Positions 1 through 10,668 of a DNA stretch of 64,000 bases are shown one piece after another. The first letter of the stretch is position 1. Each line of letters opens with the position of its first letter. Origin of the DNA: Alphaproteobacteria bacterium (lineage in GTDB: Bacteria; Pseudomonadota; Alphaproteobacteria; Caedimonadales; UBA9215); NCBI GenBank assembly GCA_965204765.1, contig CBDBFG010000002.1, positions 73,910 through 137,909 of the forward strand, read 5' to 3'. The position numbers were made by a program, and so were the translations under genes. A model generated the notes under the pieces. It saw nothing but the letters and a program-made list of their open reading frames with translations, was not told the origin of the DNA and ran no database searches.

Positions 1-183
1 TACACAATCATCATCCCATGAATAATGGGGTTGTGTACTGGATAATGAATGAAACTCTGGATGAACAGTCCTTGAGGATTTAAATCCCGTTATTTTGAAC
101 CTGGTTGCTGTCGCTAGTATCTCACCTGTCTCACAATTTAAATCTGAAGATAAAATAAAATAAAACTCTGAACGTTCATCCAT
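1..183 (-). CDS. hypothetical protein, N-terminal part (runs off the left edge)
   Basis: ATG at 183 on the minus strand, open to position 1 (MDERSEFYFILSSDLNCETGEIL...). No recognisable motif. Confidence 0.25.
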   Translation of the reverse strand, partial: MDERSEFYFILSSDLNCETGEILATATRFKITGFKSSRTVHPEFHSLSSTQPHYSWDDDCV

Positions 184-206
184 ACTTTTAAAAGAATGGG
201 CACAAG

Positions 207-689
207 TTAAGTATGACCATCATCACTACCAAAATGCAGACAAGCACTAGAATAACCTTGTTGCATACCATCCACTATGCGATATATTATGCCGGTAATA
301 GATTTTACTAAGTTAAAAGCATCTTCTGGCTGTCTTGCTGATCCTACCACGGAACTATCGTGAAAAACACACTTCTGTGCCACTCTGGCGGCACTTTCTC
401 GATCCAAGAGATTTCTATCTAATACATCATCAATCATCTTTCTAGTAGCACCACCATCACCAGTAGCCGGAAAATCAATATCTAATGTCGCACGAAGTCT
501 ACTAGTCACTTCTAATACCTTATCTGCGTCTTCATCAGGACACGATTCCAACATTCCATCTAACGCATGTAAATTAGCTACAGTCGGAGAGGAATGAAAT
601 CTTTCATACTCAAATCGAACAAAGTCATGATAAGACGGTGTGCACAATACACTGGCAATAGTAAGGTAACAAATAAATAATATACGCAT
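207..689 (-). CDS. secreted hypothetical protein
   Basis: ORF track 207-704. The internal Met gives MRILFICYLTIASVLC, a signal-peptide-like N-terminus. No family recognised. Confidence 0.45.
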   Translation of the reverse strand: MRILFICYLTIASVLCTPSYHDFVRFEYERFHSSPTVANLHALDGMLESCPDEDADKVLEVTSRLRATLDIDFPATGDGGATRKMIDDVLDRNLLDRESAARVAQKCVFHDSSVVGSARQPEDAFNLVKSITGIIYRIVDGMQQGYSSACLHFGSDDGHT

Positions 690-814
690 ATCAACATCGA
701 TCAATTATATCAAACTTATACAACGAAAAAGACTTTTTGTCAATATATGGTCATTATGATTGAGTTGCTTACTGTCTTTTAATAAATTAGAATGACATAA
801 CAATAATTAGTTAA

Positions 815-1336
815 CTAGCAATGCTTTAGCTCATGTTTAAGCAAGAAATCTTTTATAACTAAACCAGCCTTATAACCACCCAAACCACCGTCACTGTGAA
901 CCACCCGATGACAAGGAACAATAATGTGAATTTTATTACTACCATTTGCATTAGCAACTGCTCTATAAGCTTTTGGGCTGTTGATATTAGCAGCCTGTTG
1001 TTTATAACTTATAGTATATCCGTATTCAATATCTAACAAACTTTGCCATACCATATTTTGAAACTGTGATCCTATCAAGCTAATAGGAGTACTAAATATT
1101 CGTAAAGCCCCACAAAAATACTCATTTAATTCATAACGTAATAAGGCAGTTAATTCGTTTTCTTGCTCGATGAGATTAGAATACTTTCCTTGTAAAAGAC
1201 ACAACAACGATTGTTTATCATCATAAGAGTCAATGAACTGTAATTCATACAAACAATCATCATCCGATATTGCATACATCATACCTATCGGTGTTGTTAT
1301 AAGACTAATGATCTGCGGTTTAGTAACATCTATCAT
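815..1336 (-). CDS. ogt: methylated-DNA-protein-cysteine methyltransferase (Ogt/MGMT)
   Basis: Active-site motif IVPCHRVV followed by GGLGGY. The size of 173 aa fits the family. Confidence 0.85.
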   Translation of the reverse strand: MIDVTKPQIISLITTPIGMMYAISDDDCLYELQFIDSYDDKQSLLCLLQGKYSNLIEQENELTALLRYELNEYFCGALRIFSTPISLIGSQFQNMVWQSLLDIEYGYTISYKQQAANINSPKAYRAVANANGSNKIHIIVPCHRVVHSDGGLGGYKAGLVIKDFLLKHELKHC

Positions 1337-1462
1337 TAACGATAGAATAGCAACACATCTTGGTAATTACAAGGCATCACATTATTAGTAATACAATATA
1401 GAGAAAGCAGAGATTGTTTAATCTCTGCTACAAATAATTGAAAGGAATTGTGGTTAAAAATT

Positions 1463-1756
1463 TTATTCGCTCTCTTGTCGTGCTCTAGCAACATCTCCTT
1501 GTTGTCTTTCTCTTAACAAATCACTAGGAGATCTAGTCATAGCACAAGATTTACCAGATTTTTCAAGTATCTTATCCGTGGAATCTCCACGAGCAAACTG
1601 TGCATGCACTCTCGCTACAACAGATGGACGTCTCATTACCTGTTCCACTGTTTGTTCTGCACCTACATCCGGCATAGAATAACCGCTGTTCATCATAAAA
1701 TATCCAGCTAATAAAATTATCTTTGTTTTTGTTGTCATGCTACTTGTATCTCCCAT
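1463..1756 (-). CDS. small hypothetical protein with a hydrophobic N-terminus
   Basis: 97-aa ORF with a KTKIILLAGYFMM segment. No known motif. Confidence 0.3.
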   Translation of the reverse strand: MGDTSSMTTKTKIILLAGYFMMNSGYSMPDVGAEQTVEQVMRRPSVVARVHAQFARGDSTDKILEKSGKSCAMTRSPSDLLRERQQGDVARARQESE

Positions 1757-1919
1757 TTACTTATCAAACCCTATAGCTAGATGGTTAACCCCCTGTTAAC
1801 AAATGGTTAGCAAACGGTAAAACTGGTAAATTAAAATAATCGTACTATCACTAAATTTTCTGTACATTCAAGGCAACTTATTATATAAGCTATAGCATAA
1901 AATTACTATAGTACAGACA

Positions 1920-3734
1920 ATGACAAAATTAAGAAATATTGCAATTATCGCCCACGTTGATCACGGTAAAACTACCTTGGTTGATGGATTATTCCAACAA
2001 AGTGGCATGTTTCGAGAAAATCAAGCGGTGCAAACCAGAGCAATGGACTCTAACGACTTGGAACGTGAACGTGGGATTACTATCCTAGCGAAATGTACTT
2101 CTGTACTATGGAACGATGAACGTATTAACATTGTTGACACCCCTGGACATGCTGATTTTGGTGGCGAGGTAGAACGTACCTTATCAATGGTTGATGGAGT
2201 AGTGCTATTAGTCGATGCAGCCGAAGGCCCAATGCCACAAACTAAATTCGTAGTTAGCAAAGCACTTGCAATTGGATTAAAGCCAATAGTAGTAATTAAC
2301 AAAGCTGATAAACCTGACGCACGTGCAGACGAAGTATTAGACGAAGTTTTTGATTTATTTATTAGCCTAGAAGCAACAGATGAACAACTAGACTTTCCAG
2401 TTATTTATGCATCTGCTAAAGAAGGATGGGCGGTAAAAGAACTATCCGATGAGCGTAAAAATCTTAATCCATTATTTGATACCATTATTCAACATATTCA
2501 TGCCCCTCAATTTGATACCAACAAACCGTTTTCTATGCTAGTAACAATGCTGGATGTCGATCCTTATTTGGGTAGAGTGTTAACAGGACGAGTGCAAAGC
2601 GGTAGTGCGAAACTTAATATGCCTGTACATGCATTATCCTTAGAGGATGAAAAAGTTGAAAATGCAAAATTATCTAAGCTATTGGCTTATCGTGGCCTTA
2701 CCAGAGAAGCTGTAGAAGAAGTACATGCTGGGGATATCGTCGCGATTGCCGGCCTAGCCAAGGCAACCGTTGCACAAACTATATGTGACCCGGAAATAAT
2801 GCAATCGATAAAAGCACAACCAATAGACCCGCCTACTCTGTCGATGACTTTTACGGTCAATGATTCTCCATTATCCGGCCAAGACGGTAAAAAAGTAACC
2901 AGTCGTTTAATATACGATCGTTTAATGAGCGAAGCCGAAAGTAATGTATCTATTAGAGTAACTAAAAACACGGGGGATGAATCTTTCGAAGTTAGTGGTC
3001 GAGGAGAATTACAACTTGGCGTATTAATAGAAAATATGCGCCGTGAAGGATTTGAACTGTCTATCAGTAAACCACAAGTTGTCTACCAAGAAAAAAATGG
3101 TAAAAAGCTTGAACCAATAGAAGAAGTTGTAATTGATGTAGATGAAGAATTTTCCGGAGTTATCATAGAAAGCCTTGGTATACGTAGAGCAGAAATGACA
3201 GATATGTCTCCGATGATTGGTGGTAAAACCAGATTGAAATTTCACGCACCATCGCGTGGTTTAATCGGATATCAAAGCCAATTTATGACCGAAACTAGAG
3301 GCACTGGAATAATGACCAGAATTTTTAGTCATTATGCTGAATTCAAAGGAAATATTGAAAAACACAGAAATGGCGTACTAATCTCTAATGGACAAGGTAA
3401 AGCTGTCGGTTACGCTCTATTTAATCTTGAAGATCGCGGTATATTTTTTATCGAACCTGGCTCTGAAGTTTATCAAGGAATGATCATAGGAGAACACAAC
3501 AGAGGAAACGACCTTGAAGTAAATGCCATGAAAGCAAAACAACTTAGCAATGTTAGAGCATCGGGTAAAGATGATGCTATAAAATTACCGACACCAAGAA
3601 AAATGTCTTTGGAACAAGCATTAACCTATATAGATAACGATGAATTGGTTGAAGTAACCCCGAATAATATCCGGCTGCGCAAAAGATATTTAGATCCTAA
3701 TGAAAGAAAAAGAGCTACCAAAAACAACTCGTAG
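1920..3734 (+). CDS. typA: translational GTPase TypA/BipA
   Basis: G1 motif [28 protein letters not shown], and a full-length 604-aa EF-G-like architecture. Confidence 0.95.
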   Translation: MTKLRNIAIIAHVDHGKTTLVDGLFQQSGMFRENQAVQTRAMDSNDLERERGITILAKCTSVLWNDERINIVDTPGHADFGGEVERTLSMVDGVVLLVDAAEGPMPQTKFVVSKALAIGLKPIVVINKADKPDARADEVLDEVFDLFISLEATDEQLDFPVIYASAKEGWAVKELSDERKNLNPLFDTIIQHIHAPQFDTNKPFSMLVTMLDVDPYLGRVLTGRVQSGSAKLNMPVHALSLEDEKVENAKLSKLLAYRGLTREAVEEVHAGDIVAIAGLAKATVAQTICDPEIMQSIKAQPIDPPTLSMTFTVNDSPLSGQDGKKVTSRLIYDRLMSEAESNVSIRVTKNTGDESFEVSGRGELQLGVLIENMRREGFELSISKPQVVYQEKNGKKLEPIEEVVIDVDEEFSGVIIESLGIRRAEMTDMSPMIGGKTRLKFHAPSRGLIGYQSQFMTETRGTGIMTRIFSHYAEFKGNIEKHRNGVLISNGQGKAVGYALFNLEDRGIFFIEPGSEVYQGMIIGEHNRGNDLEVNAMKAKQLSNVRASGKDDAIKLPTPRKMSLEQALTYIDNDELVEVTPNNIRLRKRYLDPNERKRATKNNS

Positions 3735-3866
3735 CATCATAAAGCAAGCAATAAAATTATAATATTATTCATGGACGATGATGCTAGTTACATACACCGT
3801 ACTCCACTTAACTCTTTATTAAACATTTTATTGTAACGTACATATGTGGTGATGATGGAGGAAACA

Positions 3867-3983
3867 ATGAAATTAAATATCATTACATTACTGGTAATAG
3901 GATTACTTTCTATTGGCAACACAAATATTTCCATGGAAATCGGTGCTGTATGCAACGATGATGGTTACGCCACCGGCGCATAA
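3867..3983 (+). CDS. 38-aa small peptide with a signal-like N-terminus (below the ORF-track cutoff)
   Basis: Strong SD (GGAGGAAACA) before the ATG. Peptide is MKLNIITLLVIGLLSIGNTNISMEIGAVCNDDGYATGA. An 11-bp stem hairpin lies at 3992-4021, just after the stop. Confidence 0.3.
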   Translation: MKLNIITLLVIGLLSIGNTNISMEIGAVCNDDGYATGA

Positions 3984-4322
3984 TATTTAACAGGCTTAGT
4001 TAGTTTAATATAGCTAAGCCTATCACCATATAAAATCACGATAAAATTTATACGACATTAATTTACGAATACCTTATCTGCGAAAATATATGGCTCCACG
4101 TGTCAGCTAAATCTATCATACAGCTCTCCTTTTACCTTAAACCTGTCGATACATCTGATATTTTTCTGTATTCCGCCGCAATATCGCGTGATATGTATAT
4201 ACTTACAGTAAATAATTCATTCACCCAATTACTACTTACAGAAAAACATCCATCACATTAAAAGCATAGTAGACTTTTCATCTCTTGTTTGTATACTACG
4301 TGATGATTGAAAATATATTGAT

Positions 4323-5045
4323 ATGACTACAGCTATTTTTATACCAGCACGACTGGGATCTACTAGACTACCTAATAAAATTATTGCTGATATTAACGGT
4401 ATTCCCCTCATCGCAAGAGTAGTAACACAAGCAAAAAAAGCTGATATTGGCAAAGTATATGTTGCTTGTGATTCAAAACAAATAGCTGAAATTGCTGAAA
4501 ATTATGGAGCACATGCTATTATCACCGATCCAGACCTGCCATCTGGTTCTGACAGAATTTACGCTGCACTATCGCAAATAGATGCAACCAAAAAAATCAC
4601 TAGAATAGTAAATTTACAAGGAGATCTACCAAATATATCACCACAGGCTATACAACAATCCATAATACCAATAGACAATGGATTCGAAGTAGGAACCCTA
4701 GCCAGCATAATTGATAATAAGCAAGATCTAGCTAATAATAGCGTTGTTAAAATAGCAATGAATGCCAAAGATGATAATTTATATAATGCGTTGTATTTTA
4801 GTCGATCGGCAATCCCGTATAACGCCCAGCGATATTATCACCACATTGGGATATATAGCTATACTAGAAATGCTATAGAAAAATTTATCCAATTACCAGT
4901 TGGAGAATTAGAGCAAATAGAAAAACTAGAACAACTAAGGTTATTAGAAAATAACTTTAAGATAGGTGTTGCAACTGTAAATGAAACCCCTATTAGTATT
5001 GATACCAAACAAGATTTAGAAAACGCACGCAAAAAAATATTATAA
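4323..5045 (+). CDS. kdsB: 3-deoxy-manno-octulosonate cytidylyltransferase
   Basis: N-terminal IPARLGSTRLPNK motif, 240 aa, NTP-transferase fold pattern. Confidence 0.9.
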   Translation: MTTAIFIPARLGSTRLPNKIIADINGIPLIARVVTQAKKADIGKVYVACDSKQIAEIAENYGAHAIITDPDLPSGSDRIYAALSQIDATKKITRIVNLQGDLPNISPQAIQQSIIPIDNGFEVGTLASIIDNKQDLANNSVVKIAMNAKDDNLYNALYFSRSAIPYNAQRYYHHIGIYSYTRNAIEKFIQLPVGELEQIEKLEQLRLLENNFKIGVATVNETPISIDTKQDLENARKKIL

Positions 5046-5158
5046 CATTTTTAATTTGCATCAATATGCATTATAAGCCGTACAAAATTAATGCTTTTGC
5101 ATAAATTAAATGTTATAGTACCCTGGCTTTTGTAGCGATACCATTGATATAAATTAAA

Positions 5159-5233
5159 GGGTGCGTAGCTCAGCGGGAGAGCGCTATGTTGACATCGTAG
5201 AGGTCGCTGGTTCAATCCCAGCCGTACCCACCA
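5159..5233 (+). tRNA. tRNA-Val (anticodon GAC)
   Basis: Hand-folded cloverleaf: acceptor GGGTGCG/CGTACCC (one G-T pair), anticodon loop TTGACAT, T-loop GGTTCAATCC, encoded 3' CCA. Confidence 0.9.
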
Positions 5234-5361
5234 TGAATATTAATAGGACTGATTTAAAAGAAATATAGAGATTTACAATACATATTGCATATATAAAACA
5301 TAGCATATGCTGTTTTTATTTGTATTAAAAACATTGTACAATCTAATATGATGTGACGATT

Positions 5362-6180
5362 ATGAGCAATTTAAAAAATAAAGTACTTTTCATTACTGGT
5401 GCCTCGCGAGGGATAGGTAAAGCTATTGCGCTAAAAGCAGCAAAAGATGGTGCCAAGATAGTAATAGCTTCAAAAACTACGGAAAACCACCCTAAGTTAC
5501 CTGGCACGATCTATCAAACAGCACAAGAAATAGAGCAATTAGGCGGATGTGCTCTTGCCATTAAATTAGATGTTAGAGATGATGAGCAAATTAGATATGC
5601 CATAGAACAAACAACAGAAAAATTTGGCCATATAGATATTCTGATTAATAATGCAAGTGCAATTGCTCTTGATGGCACCTTGAAAACACCCATGAAAAAA
5701 TTTGATTTGATGATGGATGTAAATGTTAGAGCAACCTATGCCTTGTCTCAGGCTTGTTTACCATATATGCCTAAGTCGGGAAACTCTCATATACTGACGT
5801 TATCTCCACCAATATCTCTTAATCCTAAATGGTTTATATCACACTGTGCATATACTATTTCCAAATATGGTATGAGCATGTGCACCATTGGCATGGCAGA
5901 AGAATTCAAAGATGAGAACATTCATATCAATTCACTTTGGCCCAAAACTACGATTGCAACCTCAGCCGTACAAATGTTGGGCGGAGACGCTCTTATACAA
6001 GCGTCACGTACTACGGAAATAGTTGCTGATGCTGCATACTGGATATTGACTAAATGTAATCAAACAGGACAATTCTTCATCGATGAAGAAATTATTACCA
6101 ATAAAATGAATTGTAACAACCTAGACAAATATTCTATCGCCAGTGGAAAGAGTCTAGCAAAAGACCTATTCGTAGAATAG
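5362..6180 (+). CDS. short-chain dehydrogenase/reductase family oxidoreductase
   Basis: TGASRGIG cofactor motif, NNAS, and the YxxxK region (YTISKYG). ATG at 5362 preferred over GTG at 5353. Confidence 0.8.
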   Translation: MSNLKNKVLFITGASRGIGKAIALKAAKDGAKIVIASKTTENHPKLPGTIYQTAQEIEQLGGCALAIKLDVRDDEQIRYAIEQTTEKFGHIDILINNASAIALDGTLKTPMKKFDLMMDVNVRATYALSQACLPYMPKSGNSHILTLSPPISLNPKWFISHCAYTISKYGMSMCTIGMAEEFKDENIHINSLWPKTTIATSAVQMLGGDALIQASRTTEIVADAAYWILTKCNQTGQFFIDEEIITNKMNCNNLDKYSIASGKSLAKDLFVE

Positions 6181-6306
6181 TATAATCAATGATCTTACCG
6201 TATTAGGATATGCTTATTATGATGTGAAGTATTGTGGGCGTACCATAATATCTTGCTATTTATATTGCAATATTGTACCATCGCCAATTAACTATGGAAT
6301 TTTGAT

Positions 6307-7947
6307 TTGCTTAAGATAAATAAAAATCAATTATGCTTTTTACCACTTGGTGGCTCTGGTGAAATCGGAATGAATCTAAATCTTTACCATTACAATGGAA
6401 AGTGGTTGATGGTAGATCTAGGTGTTTCATTCGACCGTAAATTGGGTATAGAACTAGTGATGCCCAACATACAATTTGCAAGAACAATTGCAAAAAAAAC
6501 CGTGGGTATAGTTATAACTCACGGTCATGAGGACCATATAGGTGCCATACCCCATCTTTGGCAACAACTTAATTTACCTATTTATGCGACAAAATTTACG
6601 GCTGAATTAATTAGAGCCAAATTAAAGTCAGCTGGTTTGTTAGATCAAGCAAAAATTATAGAAATTGATATAAACCATGCTATTGATCTTTATCCCTTTA
6701 ATATTAAATATGTCCCCATTACTCATTCGATACCAGAATCGCATTTATTAAAAATTTCTACAGAAAAGGGTACAATAGTTCACACAGGAGATTGGAAGTT
6801 TGATAATAATCCGCTGATTGGGGATAACTCAGACACCAAGCAAATGAAATCCATCGGAGACGAAGGAGTATTAGCACTTGTTTGCGATTCTACCAATGTT
6901 TTCGAACCAGGCAGTTCCGGATCAGAACTAGATGTAAAAAAATCGTTGGAAAAATTAATTGCTAAACAAAAACAAAGGATAGTTGTTACTTGTTTTGCCA
7001 GCAATATTGCACGATTAATCACTTTTATTACTATTGCTAAAAAATATAATAAAAAAATCATTTTAGCAGGAAAATCTTTGTGGAAAATGATTAAAAATGC
7101 TGAAAAATGCGGTTATATAGACTCAACAGAGGATATTTTAACCGATAAATCCTTTGATAAAATACCTCCGACAGAAACTATGATCATCTGTACGGGTTCG
7201 CAAGGCGAAGAAAGAGCCGCACTTTTTCGTATCGCAACAAAACAACATCCATCAATTAAACTAGATAAAAAAGATACATTAATTTTTTCCTCTAAAATTA
7301 TACCTGGAAATGAAAAAGAAGTATTATTACTACATGAACTATTCCTGCAACAAGGAGTCAAGATAATAAATGAACAAGACAAACTAGTACATGTTTCTGG
7401 TCATCCTCACCAAGATGAATTAAAACAGATGTATTCTTTCATCAAACCAAAAATCCTTGTACCAGTACATGGAGAAAATCGCCATTTAAGAGCGCATCAA
7501 GAGTTTGCTAAGAAGTGTGGTGTATCTAATGCTATTATTGGCTACAATGGCTCAATTGTAGAACTTAATGAAAACAAACCGAAAATCATTGGTTCGGTAG
7601 AACATGGAAGATATGTATTGGATGGTAGTATTGTCACTGACATAAATTCTAATCATTTACAACAGCGTAATGTTCTTGCCAATAATGGTACGGTATTTAT
7701 CAGTATCAACAAACAACAAATACCTGATAACGGTGTAAATGTTTCTGTTACCGGCTTACCTAATCAAAACGATAAACATTCGATAGAATTTGATATAGAA
7801 ACAGTTATCTACGATACTCTACACAATTCTTCAGATAAAACACTAAAATCTAAGGATAAACTATCGCAACATATCATTAATGTAACACAAAAGTTGATTA
7901 AGATTTTGATTAGCAAAAAACCAATTATCCACTGTCACATACATTAA
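6307..7947 (+). CDS. rnj: ribonuclease J (metallo-beta-lactamase/beta-CASP)
   Basis: LPLGGSGEIGMN N-terminus, HGHEDHIGA zinc motif, beta-CASP region, 546 aa. Apparent TTG start. Confidence 0.9.
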   Translation: MLKINKNQLCFLPLGGSGEIGMNLNLYHYNGKWLMVDLGVSFDRKLGIELVMPNIQFARTIAKKTVGIVITHGHEDHIGAIPHLWQQLNLPIYATKFTAELIRAKLKSAGLLDQAKIIEIDINHAIDLYPFNIKYVPITHSIPESHLLKISTEKGTIVHTGDWKFDNNPLIGDNSDTKQMKSIGDEGVLALVCDSTNVFEPGSSGSELDVKKSLEKLIAKQKQRIVVTCFASNIARLITFITIAKKYNKKIILAGKSLWKMIKNAEKCGYIDSTEDILTDKSFDKIPPTETMIICTGSQGEERAALFRIATKQHPSIKLDKKDTLIFSSKIIPGNEKEVLLLHELFLQQGVKIINEQDKLVHVSGHPHQDELKQMYSFIKPKILVPVHGENRHLRAHQEFAKKCGVSNAIIGYNGSIVELNENKPKIIGSVEHGRYVLDGSIVTDINSNHLQQRNVLANNGTVFISINKQQIPDNGVNVSVTGLPNQNDKHSIEFDIETVIYDTLHNSSDKTLKSKDKLSQHIINVTQKLIKILISKKPIIHCHIH

Positions 7948-7978
7948 TTTTAATATTAATAACATCTAGTGATTTATA

Positions 7979-8206
7979 ATGAATTTAGTATCTGGAATAG
8001 TGGTCTTTATAATAATTTGGTGGGTAGTAATATTCATTATATTACCATTTGGCGTAACAAAAAGTGACACACCAGCACCAGGTCATGATACAGGTGCCCC
8101 CAGAAAAAGTCATATCAGAATTAAAATATTAATCACCACCTTGATAACCATAATATTATGGTGTGTGATAAACTATATAATCACCAAAGATATCATTACA
8201 TTATAA
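7979..8206 (+). CDS. DUF1467-family small membrane protein
   Basis: IIWWVVIFIILPFGV...APGHDTGAP pattern typical of the alphaproteobacterial DUF1467 family. Confidence 0.6.
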   Translation: MNLVSGIVVFIIIWWVVIFIILPFGVTKSDTPAPGHDTGAPRKSHIRIKILITTLITIILWCVINYIITKDIITL

Positions 8207-8239
8207 AATATTTACTATATTAATTCTAACGATTATTTC

Positions 8240-10129
8240 TTAATACCATATAAAATTATTTAATTCTCTTAACTCTCTTTTTAAGTTCTCTCGATCTCCC
8301 CAATTTGTGGTGTCAAGATCTCCGACTCTAAATTCGTCAAACATTTCTTTAAAGTTTCTTAATATCAAGGATGTATTAGAAACATGTGAATACCAATGAG
8401 GATGTTTAGCTTTTAATTCTGCAAGATTTGGCCTTTTCTTTGCTTCCTCTACCATTTTTTTGGCATCCTCAACATTTTGTTCTGGATTACGCGGAGTAAT
8501 CAGAAACATTAAAGAATTTCTAACGTTCTTAGCATGCTCTCTATTAAAGAAATATTGTATTAAAGGTATTTTTTGCAAAAAGGGTACCCCATCATCCACT
8601 GAATCACTTTCGTGTTCATGGATACCGGCTAACATCAAAGTTTCACCAAATTTTACTTTAACCGTAGTTCTTATCTGATTCTTTGTAGTTTCAAAACTGG
8701 CTTGATTATTTTGTCTCTCTACTGTTTTAATATCACTAAGTATCCTACTACTAAGAATTTCAATAGCTAAAAATACGTAATCATCCTCAACAGATATCGG
8801 TGTTACATAAACTGTGGTACCAATAGGTGAATCCACAAAACTTGAAACCTCACTTCCTGAGGATGAGATAAACTTCTGGCTACCGGTAAAAAACTTTGCC
8901 TTCTTTCCGACTAAGGTTGTCAAAGTAGGTTTACCTAGAATATGCACATGACGCTTATTAGAGTTGGCAATATTCAAGGCATAGGATATAGAACCAGGTT
9001 CACCGCCCTCGCCCACAAGACCAATACCAAAATTTTTCGTCAAGCCATTTGTTGTGTCGCCACTATCACTCCAATTGACTACCCTTGTCAAGTCCAAGGA
9101 AGTTTTCAATGCATTTAAGATATTTATACCCTTGCTAGCCGCCTTACTGTCTTTTATATTCATTAGCACTGCATCTATTACTACCATCTGTTTCGAGGTA
9201 ATTTTTAATGCATCAGGGTCATCCTCCTCTTCCTCATCCTCTGAGCCATCTCCGCTTTCATCAGTGCTATCTTCCTCATCACCCTCATCATCACTACTGT
9301 CTTCACTACCACTATCTGCATCACCTTCATCATCCTCATCACTATGAGCATCAGAAATATTAATCAAAACGCCTCTATTATGCGCTTGTTTCCATTCCTG
9401 AACCCTTTTGGATAAGTGAATATAAGGCTGTTGCGCATTCGTAATTTGCTTATACTGCGTCAAATAAACCGAAGACGCATTCATATCACCATTAGCAGCA
9501 GATATAAGTGCAGCTGCACGTAAATGTTTTGCCTGTTTATTATCAAGACTAATAAGGCGCTTGACCATTACTTGAGCATTTTTAATATCACCCATATGGT
9601 AAGAAGCAACAGATATCTCGTATAGTGCACTAACATTGGATGGTTCCAAAGTCAATACCTTGGCAAACTTCTCCTGCGCAACTGTATAATTCCTTTGCGC
9701 AAGCTCAATCCTACCAAGTTGCAGCAAAGCAAAAACATTCTGTGGATTACGTTTTAAAGCTTTTTCATATCCCCTCTTCGCAATACTATATCTTGATATA
9801 TCACCCTGTGAAGCCATTAAGTGATACACAAATGCATTAATAGCATGCAAGGAATCATTGGCTTGATCAGTTAATAGCAAAGAATTAAAAATTGTTGAGG
9901 CCTCTTGCAAATTACCTTCAACAATCGCCATCATTCCCTTAGCAATATTTTGGTTTTTTTGCGAGTGATAGGACTTAGCAACAGGGGTAAACTTTGCACT
10001 TGAATTAGTATCAGCAGATAAAAAATCGTCAACCTTATCGTGATGACAGCCACTAGAAATTAATATAAAACAAATAACGAAACACCACTTTAGTGCCTTT
10101 ACTAATGGTGTTTTAAGTGTGTGTTGCAT
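8240..10129 (-). CDS. lipoprotein with N-terminal TPR repeats, polyacidic linker and C-terminal secretin domain
   Basis: Lipobox ILISSGC. TPR-like helices at roughly aa 60-250. About 45 aa of D/E/S/G low-complexity sequence. C-terminal secretin signature GETLMLAGI...DDGVPFLQKIPLIQYFF...LMFLITPR. Confidence 0.8.
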   Translation of the reverse strand: MQHTLKTPLVKALKWCFVICFILISSGCHHDKVDDFLSADTNSSAKFTPVAKSYHSQKNQNIAKGMMAIVEGNLQEASTIFNSLLLTDQANDSLHAINAFVYHLMASQGDISRYSIAKRGYEKALKRNPQNVFALLQLGRIELAQRNYTVAQEKFAKVLTLEPSNVSALYEISVASYHMGDIKNAQVMVKRLISLDNKQAKHLRAAALISAANGDMNASSVYLTQYKQITNAQQPYIHLSKRVQEWKQAHNRGVLINISDAHSDEDDEGDADSGSEDSSDDEGDEEDSTDESGDGSEDEEEEDDPDALKITSKQMVVIDAVLMNIKDSKAASKGINILNALKTSLDLTRVVNWSDSGDTTNGLTKNFGIGLVGEGGEPGSISYALNIANSNKRHVHILGKPTLTTLVGKKAKFFTGSQKFISSSGSEVSSFVDSPIGTTVYVTPISVEDDYVFLAIEILSSRILSDIKTVERQNNQASFETTKNQIRTTVKVKFGETLMLAGIHEHESDSVDDGVPFLQKIPLIQYFFNREHAKNVRNSLMFLITPRNPEQNVEDAKKMVEEAKKRPNLAELKAKHPHWYSHVSNTSLILRNFKEMFDEFRVGDLDTTNWGDRENLKRELRELNNFIWY

Positions 10130-10282
10130 AATATCCCCATAAAAAATACTAGACCATTGTATAAAATTTTAATCAATTTGCAAATACTATATATTGAAAA
10201 TACTATGGGTGGACAATTTAACAGTATAGAATATAATCATCAGACTAGAATAAATGATATAAAACTAAAATTTGAGGAAACA

Positions 10283-10642
10283 ATGAATAAAAGATTTTAT
10301 ATATCCTTTGCCATAATTATAGCGTTACTACCTATCATATTTTATTTGAATAAAAATAACAATAATACTACTCAAGTTGTAAACCAAACAGTTACAGTAA
10401 AAATGTATTCTTTAGACAGATGCAGATACTGTACTTTAGCAAAAGACCTTTTACACAACAAAGGTGTACAATTTGATACTTTAGATGTCAGCAACCCTAT
10501 TTACAGAAATCAAATGATAACAGAAACTGGCTTGCGCACAGTTCCACAGATTTTCATTAATTCCAAACATATAGGAGGATGGACGCAGTTAAAAGACCTG
10601 GAAGATAACAATAAACTTATCGATCTACTAGAAGGTAGATAA
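10283..10642 (+). CDS. membrane-anchored glutaredoxin-like protein
   Basis: SD GAGGAAACA before the ATG at 10283. N-terminal TM helix, active site CRYC, and TVPQIFI...HIGG glutaredoxin motif. The track ORF begins upstream at a GTG (10121) that overlaps the secretin start. Confidence 0.75.
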   Translation: MNKRFYISFAIIIALLPIIFYLNKNNNNTTQVVNQTVTVKMYSLDRCRYCTLAKDLLHNKGVQFDTLDVSNPIYRNQMITETGLRTVPQIFINSKHIGGWTQLKDLEDNNKLIDLLEGR

Positions 10643-10668
10643 CTATCATCCTAGCTAAAGTATAGGTT

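Noticed and set aside
2021-3245. Antisense ORFs inside typA (2021-2302, 2687-2971, 3024-3245)
   Set aside because: They lie wholly within a strongly supported conserved gene on the opposite strand. Their composition is low-complexity or odd, as expected for shadow ORFs.
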